A DNA stretch of 64,000 nt from an uncultured virus (IMG/VR IMGVR_UViG_3300045747_000172) (lineage: Duplodnaviria; Heunggongvirae; Uroviricota; Caudoviricetes). The stretch lies in IMG/VR virus record IMGVR_UViG_3300045747_000172. One strand, given 5' to 3'. Below, piece by piece: positions 46,079 through 56,520 of this stretch (positions within the stretch are counted from its first letter, which is position 1; each line of letters opens with the position of its first letter). Made by a program: the position numbers and the translations under genes. Under the pieces are notes generated by a model. It did no database searches. It was not told the DNA's origin and saw nothing but the letters and a program-made list of their open reading frames with translations.

Positions 46079-46657
46079 GTGGCAACATCAGGCCGTCCTC
46101 CGCGCCTACGTCCCATCCAGGATAACGTGGCAGACCTCAAGGCAGCGTTGATGACGCTGCTCGAGAATGAGGTACTGGTGGGCGTGCCTGATGACACCAC
46201 TGACCGCAAGGATGACGACACGCCACTGACCAACGCGGCACTCGCCTACATCCACGACAACGGGATGCCCGAGCAGAACATCCCTGCTCGCCCGTTCATG
46301 ATCCCCGGCATGACCGAGGCGGAGAGTGATGTCGCGGATCAGCTGGCAGGCGCGGCACGTGCTGCCCTGCGCGCCCAGGGACCCGGTGAGGTCGAGAAGC
46401 GACAACATCGGGCTGGAGCCGTGGCGGTCACCGCCATCAAACGCAAGCTCAACGAGGGCATTCCCCCTCCGCTGAAAGACTCGACCCTACGGGACCGCTT
46501 ACGCCGCCACCCGGACCGCTTCGGTGAGACCTGGGAACTGGCCTGGCGCGGTGCAGGCGCACCAGCGGGCACTGAACTGGCCAAGCCGCTGATCGACACC
46601 GGTGAGATGCGGAACTCGATCAAGTACGTGATCCGCGCTCGCAAGAAGAGGAAGTGA
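46079..46657 (+). CDS. Neck/tail completion protein
   Basis: NIPARPF and KPLIDTGEMRNSI. Confidence 0.8.
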   Translation: MATSGRPPRLRPIQDNVADLKAALMTLLENEVLVGVPDDTTDRKDDDTPLTNAALAYIHDNGMPEQNIPARPFMIPGMTEAESDVADQLAGAARAALRAQGPGEVEKRQHRAGAVAVTAIKRKLNEGIPPPLKDSTLRDRLRRHPDRFGETWELAWRGAGAPAGTELAKPLIDTGEMRNSIKYVIRARKKRK

Positions 46658-46658
46658 C

Positions 46659-47045
46659 ATGGCACTGCTGGACGTATCGGAACTCCTGTTCGACCCTGAC
46701 CTGTGCGACCTGGTGACAGTCACCCGCCGCACGAACGTGGTCAGCACTGACACGGGGCGCAACACAGTCACCACGGTGCCGTACACCGGTGTCGTCATGT
46801 TCGTGCTCATCTCGGACCCGAGTGACGAACAGCGGAGCCCCGAGAGCACCAACATCCCCAGGTCGATCGAAGTGGTCACGAACTTCCGCCTGCGCGGGCC
46901 ATCTGAGGGCGTGCTCGCGGATGTAATCACCTACATGGGGTCTGACTACACCCTTACCGAAATCAAGCCGCACACGAAGTGGGGCGCCGGCTTCGTGAAG
47001 GCCAAGGCGACCTCGATGAACGCCTCCGATCCGTCACCCACCTGA
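46659..47045 (+). CDS. Head closure protein
   Basis: Position in the neck module; LLDVSELLFDPD and WGAGFV. Confidence 0.7.
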   Translation: MALLDVSELLFDPDLCDLVTVTRRTNVVSTDTGRNTVTTVPYTGVVMFVLISDPSDEQRSPESTNIPRSIEVVTNFRLRGPSEGVLADVITYMGSDYTLTEIKPHTKWGAGFVKAKATSMNASDPSPT

Positions 47046-47050
47046 ACGCC

Positions 47051-47623
47051 ATGGCCACCGACAGCACCGCCGCAGGCTACCTCAGCCCGTCCTCGCTCCC
47101 GGCCGAGGACGACACACTAGACGACGTGGTGCATGACGCGATCGTCGGCATCACGGGCATCACCGGCGACCTCGTGCGGCCCAGGTGGCAGCCCGAGCCC
47201 CCGACCCAGCCCGACTTCTCGGTGGACTGGATCGCGTTCGGCCTGACCAGGTCGGAGGAGGATGTCTTCACCTACGACAGCACCGATGGCACGACCTACA
47301 CCGTCCAGCGGGACGAGATGCTGTACTTCCTGGTCAGCGCCTACGGTCCCAATGCTGGCCGCACGCGCAAGGTGCTCAGCGACGGCCTGGCAGTGAACCA
47401 GAACCGTGACGCCCTCTACTCGAATGGTCTGGCACTGGTAGAGGTGCAGGAGATGACAAAGGTGCCTGCCCTGTTCAAGGAAAAGTGGGTGTACCGTGTG
47501 GACTCGGTGGTGGTGTTCCGCCGTCGGACTCGCACTGTGTACCCAGTGGTTACAATTACCTCTGGTCAGATGGGGCTCAACAACGAGCTCTACGTGACTC
47601 CCATCAACGTCACCCACCCATAG
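47051..47623 (+). CDS. Tail terminator/neck protein
   Basis: VRPRWQPEPP and YGPNA; precedes the sheath gene. Confidence 0.7.
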   Translation: MATDSTAAGYLSPSSLPAEDDTLDDVVHDAIVGITGITGDLVRPRWQPEPPTQPDFSVDWIAFGLTRSEEDVFTYDSTDGTTYTVQRDEMLYFLVSAYGPNAGRTRKVLSDGLAVNQNRDALYSNGLALVEVQEMTKVPALFKEKWVYRVDSVVVFRRRTRTVYPVVTITSGQMGLNNELYVTPINVTHP

Positions 47624-47626
47624 GGG

Positions 47627-49117
47627 ATGATTGCTATGAACTCGTTGCCTGTTTCCAACCTCATCTCCGTCGCGGTCAATCTCAGCCCGGCGGGCGCCCA
47701 GGCGCAGAACCTCTCCAACCTGCTCCTGCTCGGCAGTTCGACGGTGATCGACACCGTGGAGCGCCAGCGCATCTACACCAGCATCGCGCAGCTGGCAGCG
47801 GACTTCGGCACCTCAGCGGCCGAGTACCTCGCGGGCCTCCTGTGGTTCGAGCAGGTGCCTCAGCCCACCACGCTGACCGTCGGCCGCTGGGTTGCCTCGC
47901 CGAGTAACGGGAAGCTGGTGGGCGCCACGCTGAGTGCAGCGCAGCAGGCCCTGGCCAACTTCACCGCGGTCACCAGCGGCGGCTTCACCTACACGAAGAA
48001 CGGCGGCAGTTCCACGAACGTCACAGGCATCAACCTGAGCAGTGCGCTGAACCTCAATGGTGTGGCGTCCCTGATCCAGGCCGCGCTCACGGGCACGAAC
48101 GTGGTCTGGAACGCGAACTTCAGCCGCTTCGAGTTCACGAGCACCACCACGGGCGCCACGAGCTCGATCAGCTTCCTCACGGCCCCGGGCACCGGCACTG
48201 ACCTGAGCAGCGCACTGGGCGGCACCGCGAGTTCCAGTGGCGCCTATCTCGTCCAGGGCCAGACCAGCGAGACTGCGGTCCAGGCGGTCACCCTGTTCGA
48301 CAACAACTACGGCCAGGCTTGGTACGCAGTCATGGTGCTCGGTGCGGTCGATGCCGACCACCTGGCCTGCGCAGCCTACATCGAGGCCACGAGCACCAAG
48401 CACCTATACGGTGTCAGCACCCAGGCCGCGGGCGTGCTCGTGGCTGCGGACACCTCGAACATCGCGTACCAGCTGAAGCAACTGGCCTACAAGAAGACCG
48501 TGGTCAACTACTCGAGCAGCAACGCGTACTCGTGCGCCTCGCTGCTGGCGCGTCAGCTCACGGTGGACTACACGGGCAACAACACGGCGATCACCTTGAT
48601 GTACAAGCAGGAGCCCGGCATCGTGCCCGAGTCCCTGAACACCACGCAGGCCGCCGCGGTCGATAGCTTCAACTGCAACGTGATCGTCAACTACAACAAC
48701 GGCACCGCGATCGTCCAGTATGGCAAGACCAGCAGCGGCCTGTTCGTGGACATCGTGACGGGCACCGACTGGCTCGCGGTGACGCTCCAGAACGCACTGT
48801 ACAACCTGCTCTACACGAGCACCACCAAGGTGCCTCAGACCGATGCGGGCACGCAGCTCATGACGACCACCTGCGAGAGCGTGTGCGCTCAGGCGGTCAA
48901 CAACGGCCTGCTCGCACCCGGCACGTGGCAGGCGACCGGCTTCGGGCTGCTCAACTACAACGACTACATGCCCAAGGGCTTCTACGTCTACGCGCCGAAG
49001 GTCTCGACGCAGAACCCAGTCGACCGGGCAGCCCGCAAGTCCGTCCCCATCCAGATCGCGGCGAAGCTGGCCGGCGCGGTCCACTCGGTGGCGATTGCCG
49101 TCACCGTCAACCAGTAA
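47627..49117 (+). CDS. Contractile tail sheath (DUF3383-like)
   Basis: YKQEPG, DWL, KVPQTDAG, NGLLAPG and LAGAVH. Confidence 0.92.
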   Translation: MIAMNSLPVSNLISVAVNLSPAGAQAQNLSNLLLLGSSTVIDTVERQRIYTSIAQLAADFGTSAAEYLAGLLWFEQVPQPTTLTVGRWVASPSNGKLVGATLSAAQQALANFTAVTSGGFTYTKNGGSSTNVTGINLSSALNLNGVASLIQAALTGTNVVWNANFSRFEFTSTTTGATSSISFLTAPGTGTDLSSALGGTASSSGAYLVQGQTSETAVQAVTLFDNNYGQAWYAVMVLGAVDADHLACAAYIEATSTKHLYGVSTQAAGVLVAADTSNIAYQLKQLAYKKTVVNYSSSNAYSCASLLARQLTVDYTGNNTAITLMYKQEPGIVPESLNTTQAAAVDSFNCNVIVNYNNGTAIVQYGKTSSGLFVDIVTGTDWLAVTLQNALYNLLYTSTTKVPQTDAGTQLMTTTCESVCAQAVNNGLLAPGTWQATGFGLLNYNDYMPKGFYVYAPKVSTQNPVDRAARKSVPIQIAAKLAGAVHSVAIAVTVNQ

Positions 49118-49130
49118 GGAGCTCCAGACC

Positions 49131-49571
49131 ATGCAGACCTACAGCTTTCTCGACATCGTGGCCGCCTTCGTCGGCCCGGGCATCGCGGTCAGCCTCGGCA
49201 ACGGGGCGGGCAACAGCGAGGAGGGCATCAGCATCGACCCGGCTGGCGACAAGGACACCATGACCATCGGTGCCGACGGCAAGGGCATGCACTCACTCCA
49301 CGCGGACAAGAGCGGCCGCGTGGTGGTGCGCCTGATGAAGACCAGTCCCATCAACGGCATCCTCAGCGCCGCCTACGCCTTCCAGACCAGCAGCGGCAGC
49401 ACCCATGGCCAGAACACGCTGACCATCACCGACATGAACCGCGGTGACGTGATCACGTGTCGCCAGGTCGCGTTCGCCAAGGCACCGAACATCACCTACG
49501 GCAAGGAGGCGGGCATCTACGAGTGGGACTTCAACTGCATCGAGATCGACCGCACCCTGAGCGCCGCCTGA
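49131..49571 (+). CDS. Tail tube protein (DUF3277-like)
   Basis: TYSFLD, EEGI, MTIGADG and SPIN. Confidence 0.88.
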   Translation: MQTYSFLDIVAAFVGPGIAVSLGNGAGNSEEGISIDPAGDKDTMTIGADGKGMHSLHADKSGRVVVRLMKTSPINGILSAAYAFQTSSGSTHGQNTLTITDMNRGDVITCRQVAFAKAPNITYGKEAGIYEWDFNCIEIDRTLSAA

Positions 49572-49601
49572 CCTTCGTTCCGTCAACCCTAGAGAGCCAC
49601 C

Positions 49602-50030
49602 ATGGACCAGATCGAATACAACGGCAAGCAGTACTCCTTCACCAAGCTCGACGCCTTCACCCAACTGCACGTCGCTCGACGCATCGCACCGATTCTCACG
49701 AGTCTAGGCACGAGCATCAGTGACATGGTCTCCGCGGGCAAGCAGCTCTCGGGTGACGACCAGATGATGATGATGGTCGGCAAGGCCACCGAGGTCGTCG
49801 CCCGGATGACCGACGATGACGTGAACTACGTCATCAAGGCCTGCATGAACGTCACGCGGCGCCAGGCGGAAGACGGCCGGTGGACGAAGGTGCTCCAGGG
49901 CAGCCAGTTGATGTTCGACTCGGACATGGACATGCAGGTACTCCTGCGGTTGACGGTCGAGGTCATCAAGGTGAACATGGGTGGTTTTTTTCCGATGCTC
50001 CCAGGCGGTCAGCAGTCGCAGGAAGGCTGA
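49602..50030 (+). CDS. Tail assembly chaperone
   Basis: Between tube and tape measure genes; KLDAFTQLHVARR; ends near NMGGFF. Confidence 0.85.
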   Translation: MDQIEYNGKQYSFTKLDAFTQLHVARRIAPILTSLGTSISDMVSAGKQLSGDDQMMMMVGKATEVVARMTDDDVNYVIKACMNVTRRQAEDGRWTKVLQGSQLMFDSDMDMQVLLRLTVEVIKVNMGGFFPMLPGGQQSQEG

Positions 50031-50242
50031 GACACCTGGGAGCGAAGTCGCTCCAGGATCCAATGTCGATGGAAGGCGGCGAGGACTGGATCATGCGTCC
50101 AGTCCTCGCTGGCTTGTGCCGCTACGAGAGCCTGGTGGACGGCACGGTGGGCCTGCGCGACCTGAGCCTTATGAACGAGGCATTGGACGTACAGGCAGAG
50201 AACGACTACAGGTGGCGACAGGAGAACCCAAGTGGCAAGTGA
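49985..50242 (+). CDS. -1 frameshift extension of the tail assembly chaperone
   Basis: Slippery T TTT TTT at 49985-91; the -1 frame stays open to 50242 (EDWIMRPV...MNEALD). Confidence 0.7.
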   Translation, partial: FFSDAPRRSAVAGRLRHLGAKSLQDPMSMEGGEDWIMRPVLAGLCRYESLVDGTVGLRDLSLMNEALDVQAENDYRWRQENPSGK

Positions 50243-51656
50243 TTCCAAGATCCTACGTGAGTACCTGCTGTCGCTCGGGTTCAAGATCAACACCACCGAG
50301 ACCAAGAAGTTCGACGACACCGTAGGCAAGCTGGACAAGGGTGCCCAGCGCCTCGCCCTGTCCCTGGGTAGCGTGGCCGCCTCGGCACTGGCCATGGTGA
50401 CCGTCTTCGCACGGTCAATGGAGAAGCTCTACTACTCCACCCAGAGGGCTGAGAGCAGCGCCGGCAACCTCCGGGCCCTCGAGTACGCCGCGAACAAGAT
50501 CGGCATCGGCGGCGATCAGATGCGGGCTTCGATCGAAGGCATGGCCCGCGCTATGCGCATGAATCCGGGCCTTGTTGGCTTTGTAGAAGGATTGGGGATA
50601 CCTGTCCAAGGCCGCGACAAATCAAAGGTCATGTTGGACCTGCTTGGGGTCCTGAAGCAGATGCCGTTCTACGTCGGCGCTCAGTACGCCGGCATGTTCG
50701 GCATCGGCCCTGACGAGTACCTGCTGCTCACCCAGGGCCTCGACAAGATGAAGGAGGCCGTCTCGGTACGCGACGAGATGGCACGCCAGGCTGGCCTCGA
50801 CCAGACCGCAGCCGCCAAGGCCGGCGTCGAGTACATGAACCAGCTGGACATGATCACTGAGAAGCTCAAGATCATGAAGGACACGGCGATGATCGCCTTC
50901 CTGGAGCCGATGAAGGCTGCCGGTGGGTACGTGAACTCGCTGATCGACCAGCTGACGCAGACCATCAAGAAGGTGGGTGAGGTCAACAAGACCGACACCC
51001 GCAGCGTACCCGAGGTCATGCTCGGCAACGCCAAGGCCATCAACCGGGACCTGGGGCTGAGTCACCTGCCCGGCGCTGCCGCAGACCTGCTCCGGGACGG
51101 CATCCTCGAGTACGGAGGCGTCAAGAAGTACCGCAAGACCTTGGGCATGGCGCACAATAACCCCGGCAACATCATGTCGGGCAAGGGTGGGACGATGGGC
51201 ACGTACAGGGACAACCAGGAAGGCCTGGATGCCATGGCCGGCCTGCTCTTGCGTTACCAGCAGATGGGGTTGAATACGATCGAAGGGATTGTCAGCCGCT
51301 ACGCCCCGCCCAAGAACCCGGACGGCACGGTCGCCAACAACACCAAAGCCTACATCGCCAACATGGCCGCTGCGCTGGGAGTAGGAGCCAGGGACATGCT
51401 CGACCTCAAGGATCCCGCGGTGCTCGCCAAGCTCATGGGCGCCATGATCAAGCAGGAGCAGGGCTACAGTCCCTTCACGCCCATGGACCTGCTCGACAGT
51501 GCGCAGATGCGCCTGGGCGGTGGGTACACCTTCAACCAGACGACGCAGATCACAGTCACCGGCACCGGGGCTGAGGAGACCGCACGCGCAGTCGCTGGCC
51601 ACCAGGATCGAGTCAACGCGACACTACTGCGCAATGCGCAAGGAGCAGTGCGATGA
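50232..51656 (+). CDS. Tape measure protein with C-terminal lysozyme-like domain
   Basis: REYLLSLGF; HNNPGNI...IVSRYAPP...NNTKAYI. Confidence 0.85.
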   Translation: MASDSKILREYLLSLGFKINTTETKKFDDTVGKLDKGAQRLALSLGSVAASALAMVTVFARSMEKLYYSTQRAESSAGNLRALEYAANKIGIGGDQMRASIEGMARAMRMNPGLVGFVEGLGIPVQGRDKSKVMLDLLGVLKQMPFYVGAQYAGMFGIGPDEYLLLTQGLDKMKEAVSVRDEMARQAGLDQTAAAKAGVEYMNQLDMITEKLKIMKDTAMIAFLEPMKAAGGYVNSLIDQLTQTIKKVGEVNKTDTRSVPEVMLGNAKAINRDLGLSHLPGAAADLLRDGILEYGGVKKYRKTLGMAHNNPGNIMSGKGGTMGTYRDNQEGLDAMAGLLLRYQQMGLNTIEGIVSRYAPPKNPDGTVANNTKAYIANMAAALGVGARDMLDLKDPAVLAKLMGAMIKQEQGYSPFTPMDLLDSAQMRLGGGYTFNQTTQITVTGTGAEETARAVAGHQDRVNATLLRNAQGAVR

Positions 51657-52291
51657 GTGAGCCCGCACTCGGGATCGTCACCGCTGCCGCCCAGATCGGG
51701 CTGAGCAGCATCATCGTTCGTCCGTACCGGGCGATCGGCGACTTCGTGGCACAGGTGACGCTGGAAGAGCAACACCACGACGAACTGGAGATCACGGACC
51801 ACCCGGTCGAGCAGGGCAGCGTCATCAGCGATCACGCGTACCGCCGCCCGTCCAGCGTGATCATCAAGTGCGGCTGGAGCAATAGCCCGAGCATCAGTGG
51901 GCTGATCGACGGCATCGTGGGCGGGGTCAAGGCCACGGTCACCGGCGCCCAGTCCCTGGCCAGCGGCAACAGCGTGAACCAGGTACGGGACGTTTACGCC
52001 AAGCTCCTCAAGCTCCAGGCCTCTCGAGTGCTGTTCGACATCTACACCGGCAAGCGGGTGTACAAGAACATGCTCATCAAGTCCCTCTCCCAGACCACGA
52101 ACCCGCAGAGTGAGAATTCTCTGATGATCACTGCGGAGTGCCGGGAGGTCATCATCGTCCAGACACAGACCGTGGCGATCCAGGCCGACCCCTCCAAGCA
52201 GAAGAACCCAGGAGCGACACAGGCGCCCGTGAACACCGGCGTGCAGTCCCTGGGCCCGGGTGAGAAGTTCGTTACCCCAGGAACACCATGA
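51653..52291 (+). CDS. Tail tube initiator / Dit-like baseplate protein
   Basis: ITDHPVEQG..ISDHAY and TGKRVYKNMLI. Confidence 0.8.
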   Translation: MSEPALGIVTAAAQIGLSSIIVRPYRAIGDFVAQVTLEEQHHDELEITDHPVEQGSVISDHAYRRPSSVIIKCGWSNSPSISGLIDGIVGGVKATVTGAQSLASGNSVNQVRDVYAKLLKLQASRVLFDIYTGKRVYKNMLIKSLSQTTNPQSENSLMITAECREVIIVQTQTVAIQADPSKQKNPGATQAPVNTGVQSLGPGEKFVTPGTP

Positions 52292-52599
52292 GCACCCCCT
52301 ACGAGATCCCCCTGAGCGCGCAGCCGTCGATCTTCCAGATCGCGCTCGCTGGCACCACCTACGCCTGCAAGGTCTACTGGTGCCCACCGTCGGCCTCATG
52401 GGTTCTCGACATCGCAGGTGCTGACGAGACGCCTATCATCTCGGGCATCCCGCTGCTGACCGGGTGCGACCTGCTGTTCCAGCACAAGTACCTCAACCTC
52501 AAGGGCGGCCTCTGGGTGCAGAGCGATGTCGACCTCTACGCCGTGCCTGACTTCACGAGCCTCGGCACGCAGGGCCACCTCTACTTCCTGGCGGACTGA
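52288..52599 (+). CDS. Baseplate protein
   Basis: EIPL...GIPLLTGCDLL..YL. Confidence 0.75.
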   Translation: MSTPYEIPLSAQPSIFQIALAGTTYACKVYWCPPSASWVLDIAGADETPIISGIPLLTGCDLLFQHKYLNLKGGLWVQSDVDLYAVPDFTSLGTQGHLYFLAD

Positions 52600-52602
52600 C
52601 CC

Positions 52603-53532
52603 ATGAGTGACAGTCAGTTCCTACGCAAGGCAGTCCTAGTCGTCTTCAAGGGTGACAAGGGACTGGACCTGAGTGAGATGCAGTTCAGCTTCAGCACCTC
52701 GCAGCAGGACGTGGAGAGCCCGAACAACTGCACCATCCGCGTGTACAACCTGAAGAAGGAGACGGTCAAGCGTGTCCAGGGTGAGTTCACGGATGTGGTC
52801 GTCCAGGGCGGCTACGACAACAACTACGGTGTCATCTTCCAGGGCACGATCAAGCAGTTCAGGGTGGGCAAGGAGAACGCGACTGACTCCTACCTGGACA
52901 TCCTCGCGGCGGACGGTGACATCGCCTACAACTGGGCAGTGGTGAACAAGACGCTGGCAGCCAAGAGCACGCCCGCAGACCGCATCAAGGTGGTCATTGA
53001 CGCGATGAATCCTCACGGGGTCAGCGCAGGGTACATGTCACCGATCACCGGCGGCGTGCTGCCCCGGGGCAAGGTGCTCTTCGGTATGGGCCGGAGTGTG
53101 CTCCGTGACGAGATGGGCACTGCGGGCTACACCTGGGACATCAGCAACGGCCAGGTCAACATCCTGCCCACCACGGGTTACTTGCCGACCACCGCCGTGG
53201 TGCTCAATGCTCAGACCGGCCTCATAGGCATCCCGGAGCAGACGAACGACGGTATCCGGGTCCGCTCCCTGCTCAATCCGCGCATTGCGGTAGGCGGTCG
53301 AGTGCAGATCGACAACAAGAGCATCAACCAGACGATCCAGGCTAACGCCACGGCACCGCCTGTTGCGTTCAACACCTACGCAGGCGTCCAGTTCCTCGCC
53401 GACGTCAGCGCGGACGGGTTCTACCGTGTTTACGTGGCGGAGCACAGCGGTGACACACGCGGCCAGAAGTGGTACACGGACATGATCTGCCTGCGCATCA
53501 ACGTGGACACCAAGAAGGTAATCGCGCCATGA
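52603..53532 (+). CDS. Baseplate hub
   Basis: VYNL, GGY, IFQG, TGLIGIP, LLNP and GDTRG. Confidence 0.82.
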   Translation: MSDSQFLRKAVLVVFKGDKGLDLSEMQFSFSTSQQDVESPNNCTIRVYNLKKETVKRVQGEFTDVVVQGGYDNNYGVIFQGTIKQFRVGKENATDSYLDILAADGDIAYNWAVVNKTLAAKSTPADRIKVVIDAMNPHGVSAGYMSPITGGVLPRGKVLFGMGRSVLRDEMGTAGYTWDISNGQVNILPTTGYLPTTAVVLNAQTGLIGIPEQTNDGIRVRSLLNPRIAVGGRVQIDNKSINQTIQANATAPPVAFNTYAGVQFLADVSADGFYRVYVAEHSGDTRGQKWYTDMICLRINVDTKKVIAP

Positions 53533-54290
53533 ACCGCCAGGAACGACTCGACGACATCAATGCGGCGGTACTTGCCGCCCTGACCGGGTGGCAGGCGGAG
53601 ACCTGGAGCGCCATGCCCGCCCGCATCCTCAGCTACGACGCGACCAAGGAAACGGTCAGTGCGGAGATCACCATCAAGTGCAAGGTGGTCAAGCCCGACA
53701 ACTCGGTCGAGTGGCAGACCATCAGCCCGTGCGTGGACTGCCCGGTCATCTTCCCGAGTGGTGGTGGCTTCACGCTCACCTTCCCCATTGCGGTGGGTGA
53801 CGAGTGCCTACTCATCTTCGCCAGCCGCTGCATCGACGCCTGGTGGCAGAGCGGTGGAGTGCAGCAGCAGGTGGACATTCGCATGCACGACCTCAGCGAC
53901 GGCTTCGCGCTGATCGGCCCGCGCAGCATCCCTCGCGTGCACAGCCCCCATCCTCGTACCGATCGCGTGGAGCTCCGCAGTGACGACCGCAGCGCCTACA
54001 TTGCCATCCGCTCAGGCACCAACGTCATCGACCTGAACACGACCGGGGACGTCCAGGTCCAGTGCGAGGGTGTCGCCTACGTGAGTGCAGGCACCGGATT
54101 GGTCGCCTCAGTCGTCGGGGATGCGTCAGTGACGGCCACGGGTACAATGACCCTGACCGCACCGACCGTGAACATCGTGGGCAACGTGAGCATCACGGGC
54201 ACCCTTAGCAACAACGGAGTCAACGTCGGCAGCACTCACGTTCACGGTGGTGTCCAGACGGGCGGTGGCAACTCCGCTGTGCCCCACTAG
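53529..54290 (+). CDS. Baseplate central spike
   Basis: FPIAVGDECL, RMHDLSD and C-terminal HVHGGV. Confidence 0.88.
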   Translation: MNRQERLDDINAAVLAALTGWQAETWSAMPARILSYDATKETVSAEITIKCKVVKPDNSVEWQTISPCVDCPVIFPSGGGFTLTFPIAVGDECLLIFASRCIDAWWQSGGVQQQVDIRMHDLSDGFALIGPRSIPRVHSPHPRTDRVELRSDDRSAYIAIRSGTNVIDLNTTGDVQVQCEGVAYVSAGTGLVASVVGDASVTATGTMTLTAPTVNIVGNVSITGTLSNNGVNVGSTHVHGGVQTGGGNSAVPH

Positions 54291-54299
54291 GAAGCAAGC

Positions 54300-54659
54300 A
54301 TGCGATACCGTACATTGTCTCCAACCGGCGACTACGCATTCGGAGGAATCGGCCAGTTCCTGGTCAATTCCTCCGAAGCTGTGGCGCAGGCCATCTACAC
54401 CAGGCTCATGCTCTGGACGGGTGAGTGGTTCCTCGACACGGATGAGGGCACGCCGTACACGCAGCAGGTGCTCGGCTACGGCACTCAGGACACGCGGGAC
54501 ATCGCCATCAAGCAGCGAGTGCTCGACACCCCAGGGGTTGACCAGATCCTCTCCTATGCGAGCTCCGTGGACGCCCAGCGCCGGATGAAGGTCAGCATGA
54601 CCGTCCAGACCCTCTACGGCACCACCCAAGTCACCGCCAACCTGGGAGTCACCCAATGA
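54300..54659 (+). CDS. Baseplate wedge protein
   Basis: GDYAFG, GEWFLD and TPGV. Confidence 0.8.
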   Translation: MRYRTLSPTGDYAFGGIGQFLVNSSEAVAQAIYTRLMLWTGEWFLDTDEGTPYTQQVLGYGTQDTRDIAIKQRVLDTPGVDQILSYASSVDAQRRMKVSMTVQTLYGTTQVTANLGVTQ

Positions 54660-55846
54660 CCACGACCTACCCGCTCCCCACCCTGGCCGCGACCGTCGGC
54701 CTGACGGGGATCACCGCGCCCTCGTTCAACGACATCCTCCTGAGTCTACAGGCCACCTTTCAAGGCATCTACGGGGCGGATGCTTACATTGGCGCGGACA
54801 GCCAGGACGGTCAGCTCCTGGGCGCGGTCGCCAGTGCCATCAACGACTGCAATTCGATGGCGGTGAGCATCTACAACGCCTTCAGCCCGCAGACCGCAGT
54901 GGGTGTCGGCCTGAGCAGCGTGGTGAAGATCAACAACATCACGCGGAACGTGGCCACGAACTCCCAGGTGAACCTGGACATCGTCGGCATCGTCGGCACG
55001 ACCATCATCGGTGGCCAGGCCGGGGACGCCAACGGCAACAAGTGGAACCTGCCGGCCTCAGTGGTCATCCCAGGCAGCGGCACCATCACTGTGACCGCGA
55101 CCGCTGACCAGCTGGGCGCGATCAACGCCCCGATCAGTAGCGTCAACCAGATCCTGACGCCGACGGCGGGGTGGCAGACCGTCAACAACACCACCACCGC
55201 AACGCCCGGCCAGCCTGTCGAGAGTGACGCCCAGTTGCGCATCAGGCAGCAGATCAGCCAGCCGCTGAACTCGAACACCGTGCTCCAGTCCCTGGCCGCG
55301 AACCTCAAGGCGATCCCAGGCGTCACCTACGGCACCATCTACGAGAACGACACGGGCTCCGTTGACACCAACAGCCTGCCGGCGCACAGCATCTCGTGCG
55401 TGGTCAAGGGTGGCGACGCTGCGGTCATTGCCAGCACCATCTACACCAAGAAGGGCAACGGGGTCACCACCTACGGCACGAGCAGTCAGACCATCATCGA
55501 CATCAGCGGTGCCGTGCGAACGATCTACTTCAGCATCCCCACCGAGATCCCCATCCGGGTCAACATCAGCATCTCGGCACTCACGGGCTACACCAGTGCG
55601 ATCGGGGTCGAGATCCAGAACCAGATCACCAACTTCATCAACGCCTTTGTCATCGGTGAGGACCTGGTGGTCAATCGCATCTACCAGGCGGCGCTGCTCA
55701 ACGGTGACCCGCTCAACCTCACCTTCAAGATCACCGACCTGCAGGCAGGCCCGGTCAGCGGAGCAGTGGGCACCACGGACGTGACCATCGCCTATACCGA
55801 GAAGGCCACCTGCACGCCCGCTGACGTCCACATTACCCTGGTGTAA
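54656..55846 (+). CDS. Baseplate J-like protein
   Basis: SQDGQ, ESDAQLR, YEND, HSI and GVTTYG. Confidence 0.9.
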   Translation: MTTTYPLPTLAATVGLTGITAPSFNDILLSLQATFQGIYGADAYIGADSQDGQLLGAVASAINDCNSMAVSIYNAFSPQTAVGVGLSSVVKINNITRNVATNSQVNLDIVGIVGTTIIGGQAGDANGNKWNLPASVVIPGSGTITVTATADQLGAINAPISSVNQILTPTAGWQTVNNTTTATPGQPVESDAQLRIRQQISQPLNSNTVLQSLAANLKAIPGVTYGTIYENDTGSVDTNSLPAHSISCVVKGGDAAVIASTIYTKKGNGVTTYGTSSQTIIDISGAVRTIYFSIPTEIPIRVNISISALTGYTSAIGVEIQNQITNFINAFVIGEDLVVNRIYQAALLNGDPLNLTFKITDLQAGPVSGAVGTTDVTIAYTEKATCTPADVHITLV

Positions 55847-55849
55847 GAC

Positions 55850-56512
55850 ATGGCAACCGACTACACCTCACTCATCACCAGCCTCCACGCTGACAAGCCC
55901 AACTTCGTGGCCACCGTGGCTGCGCTGACCAAGCCCTTTGGCGACATCACGGACAGCATCCAGGGCCTCACGGTGGCGTTCGATATCGACTCCGCAGTGG
56001 GCGTGCAACTCGATGTCATCGGGCTATGGGTGGGCGTCCCCCGCAACCAGCTGGTGCCCGTGGCGAACTCCTACTTCACTTGGGACCTTGCAGGCCTAGG
56101 CTGGAACCAGGGCAGCTGGAAGGGCCCGTACAGCCCGACGGAGGGCATCACCACACTCGACGATGACACCTATCGCGTGGTGCTCAAGGCCCAGGCTGCC
56201 AGCAACTACTGGAACGGTGCCAATGACACCCTGAACGTCATCGGTGAGACGGTCGTGTCGAGTGTCGGCGTGCAGTGCTTCGTGATCGACAACATGGACA
56301 TGACCTGCACGGTCTACATCCTCGGTGCACCTACGCCCGTGCTCATTGCCATGATCCAGCGCGGCCTCGTGCCTCCCAAGACCGCGGGTGTCCGCATCAC
56401 CGGGTACATCCTTGCGAGTGACCCAGGTGCACCGTTCTTCGCGCTCGACGTCTACACCACCACCGAGGTCGCTGGACTCGACTTCGGGTCCTTTGGCGAT
56501 CCGCTTCCCTAG
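55850..56512 (+). CDS. Baseplate wedge protein (DUF2612-like)
   Basis: AVGVQLDVIG, LDDDTYR and DNMDM. Confidence 0.85.
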   Translation: MATDYTSLITSLHADKPNFVATVAALTKPFGDITDSIQGLTVAFDIDSAVGVQLDVIGLWVGVPRNQLVPVANSYFTWDLAGLGWNQGSWKGPYSPTEGITTLDDDTYRVVLKAQAASNYWNGANDTLNVIGETVVSSVGVQCFVIDNMDMTCTVYILGAPTPVLIAMIQRGLVPPKTAGVRITGYILASDPGAPFFALDVYTTTEVAGLDFGSFGDPLP

Positions 56513-56520
56513 GAGCTTTC

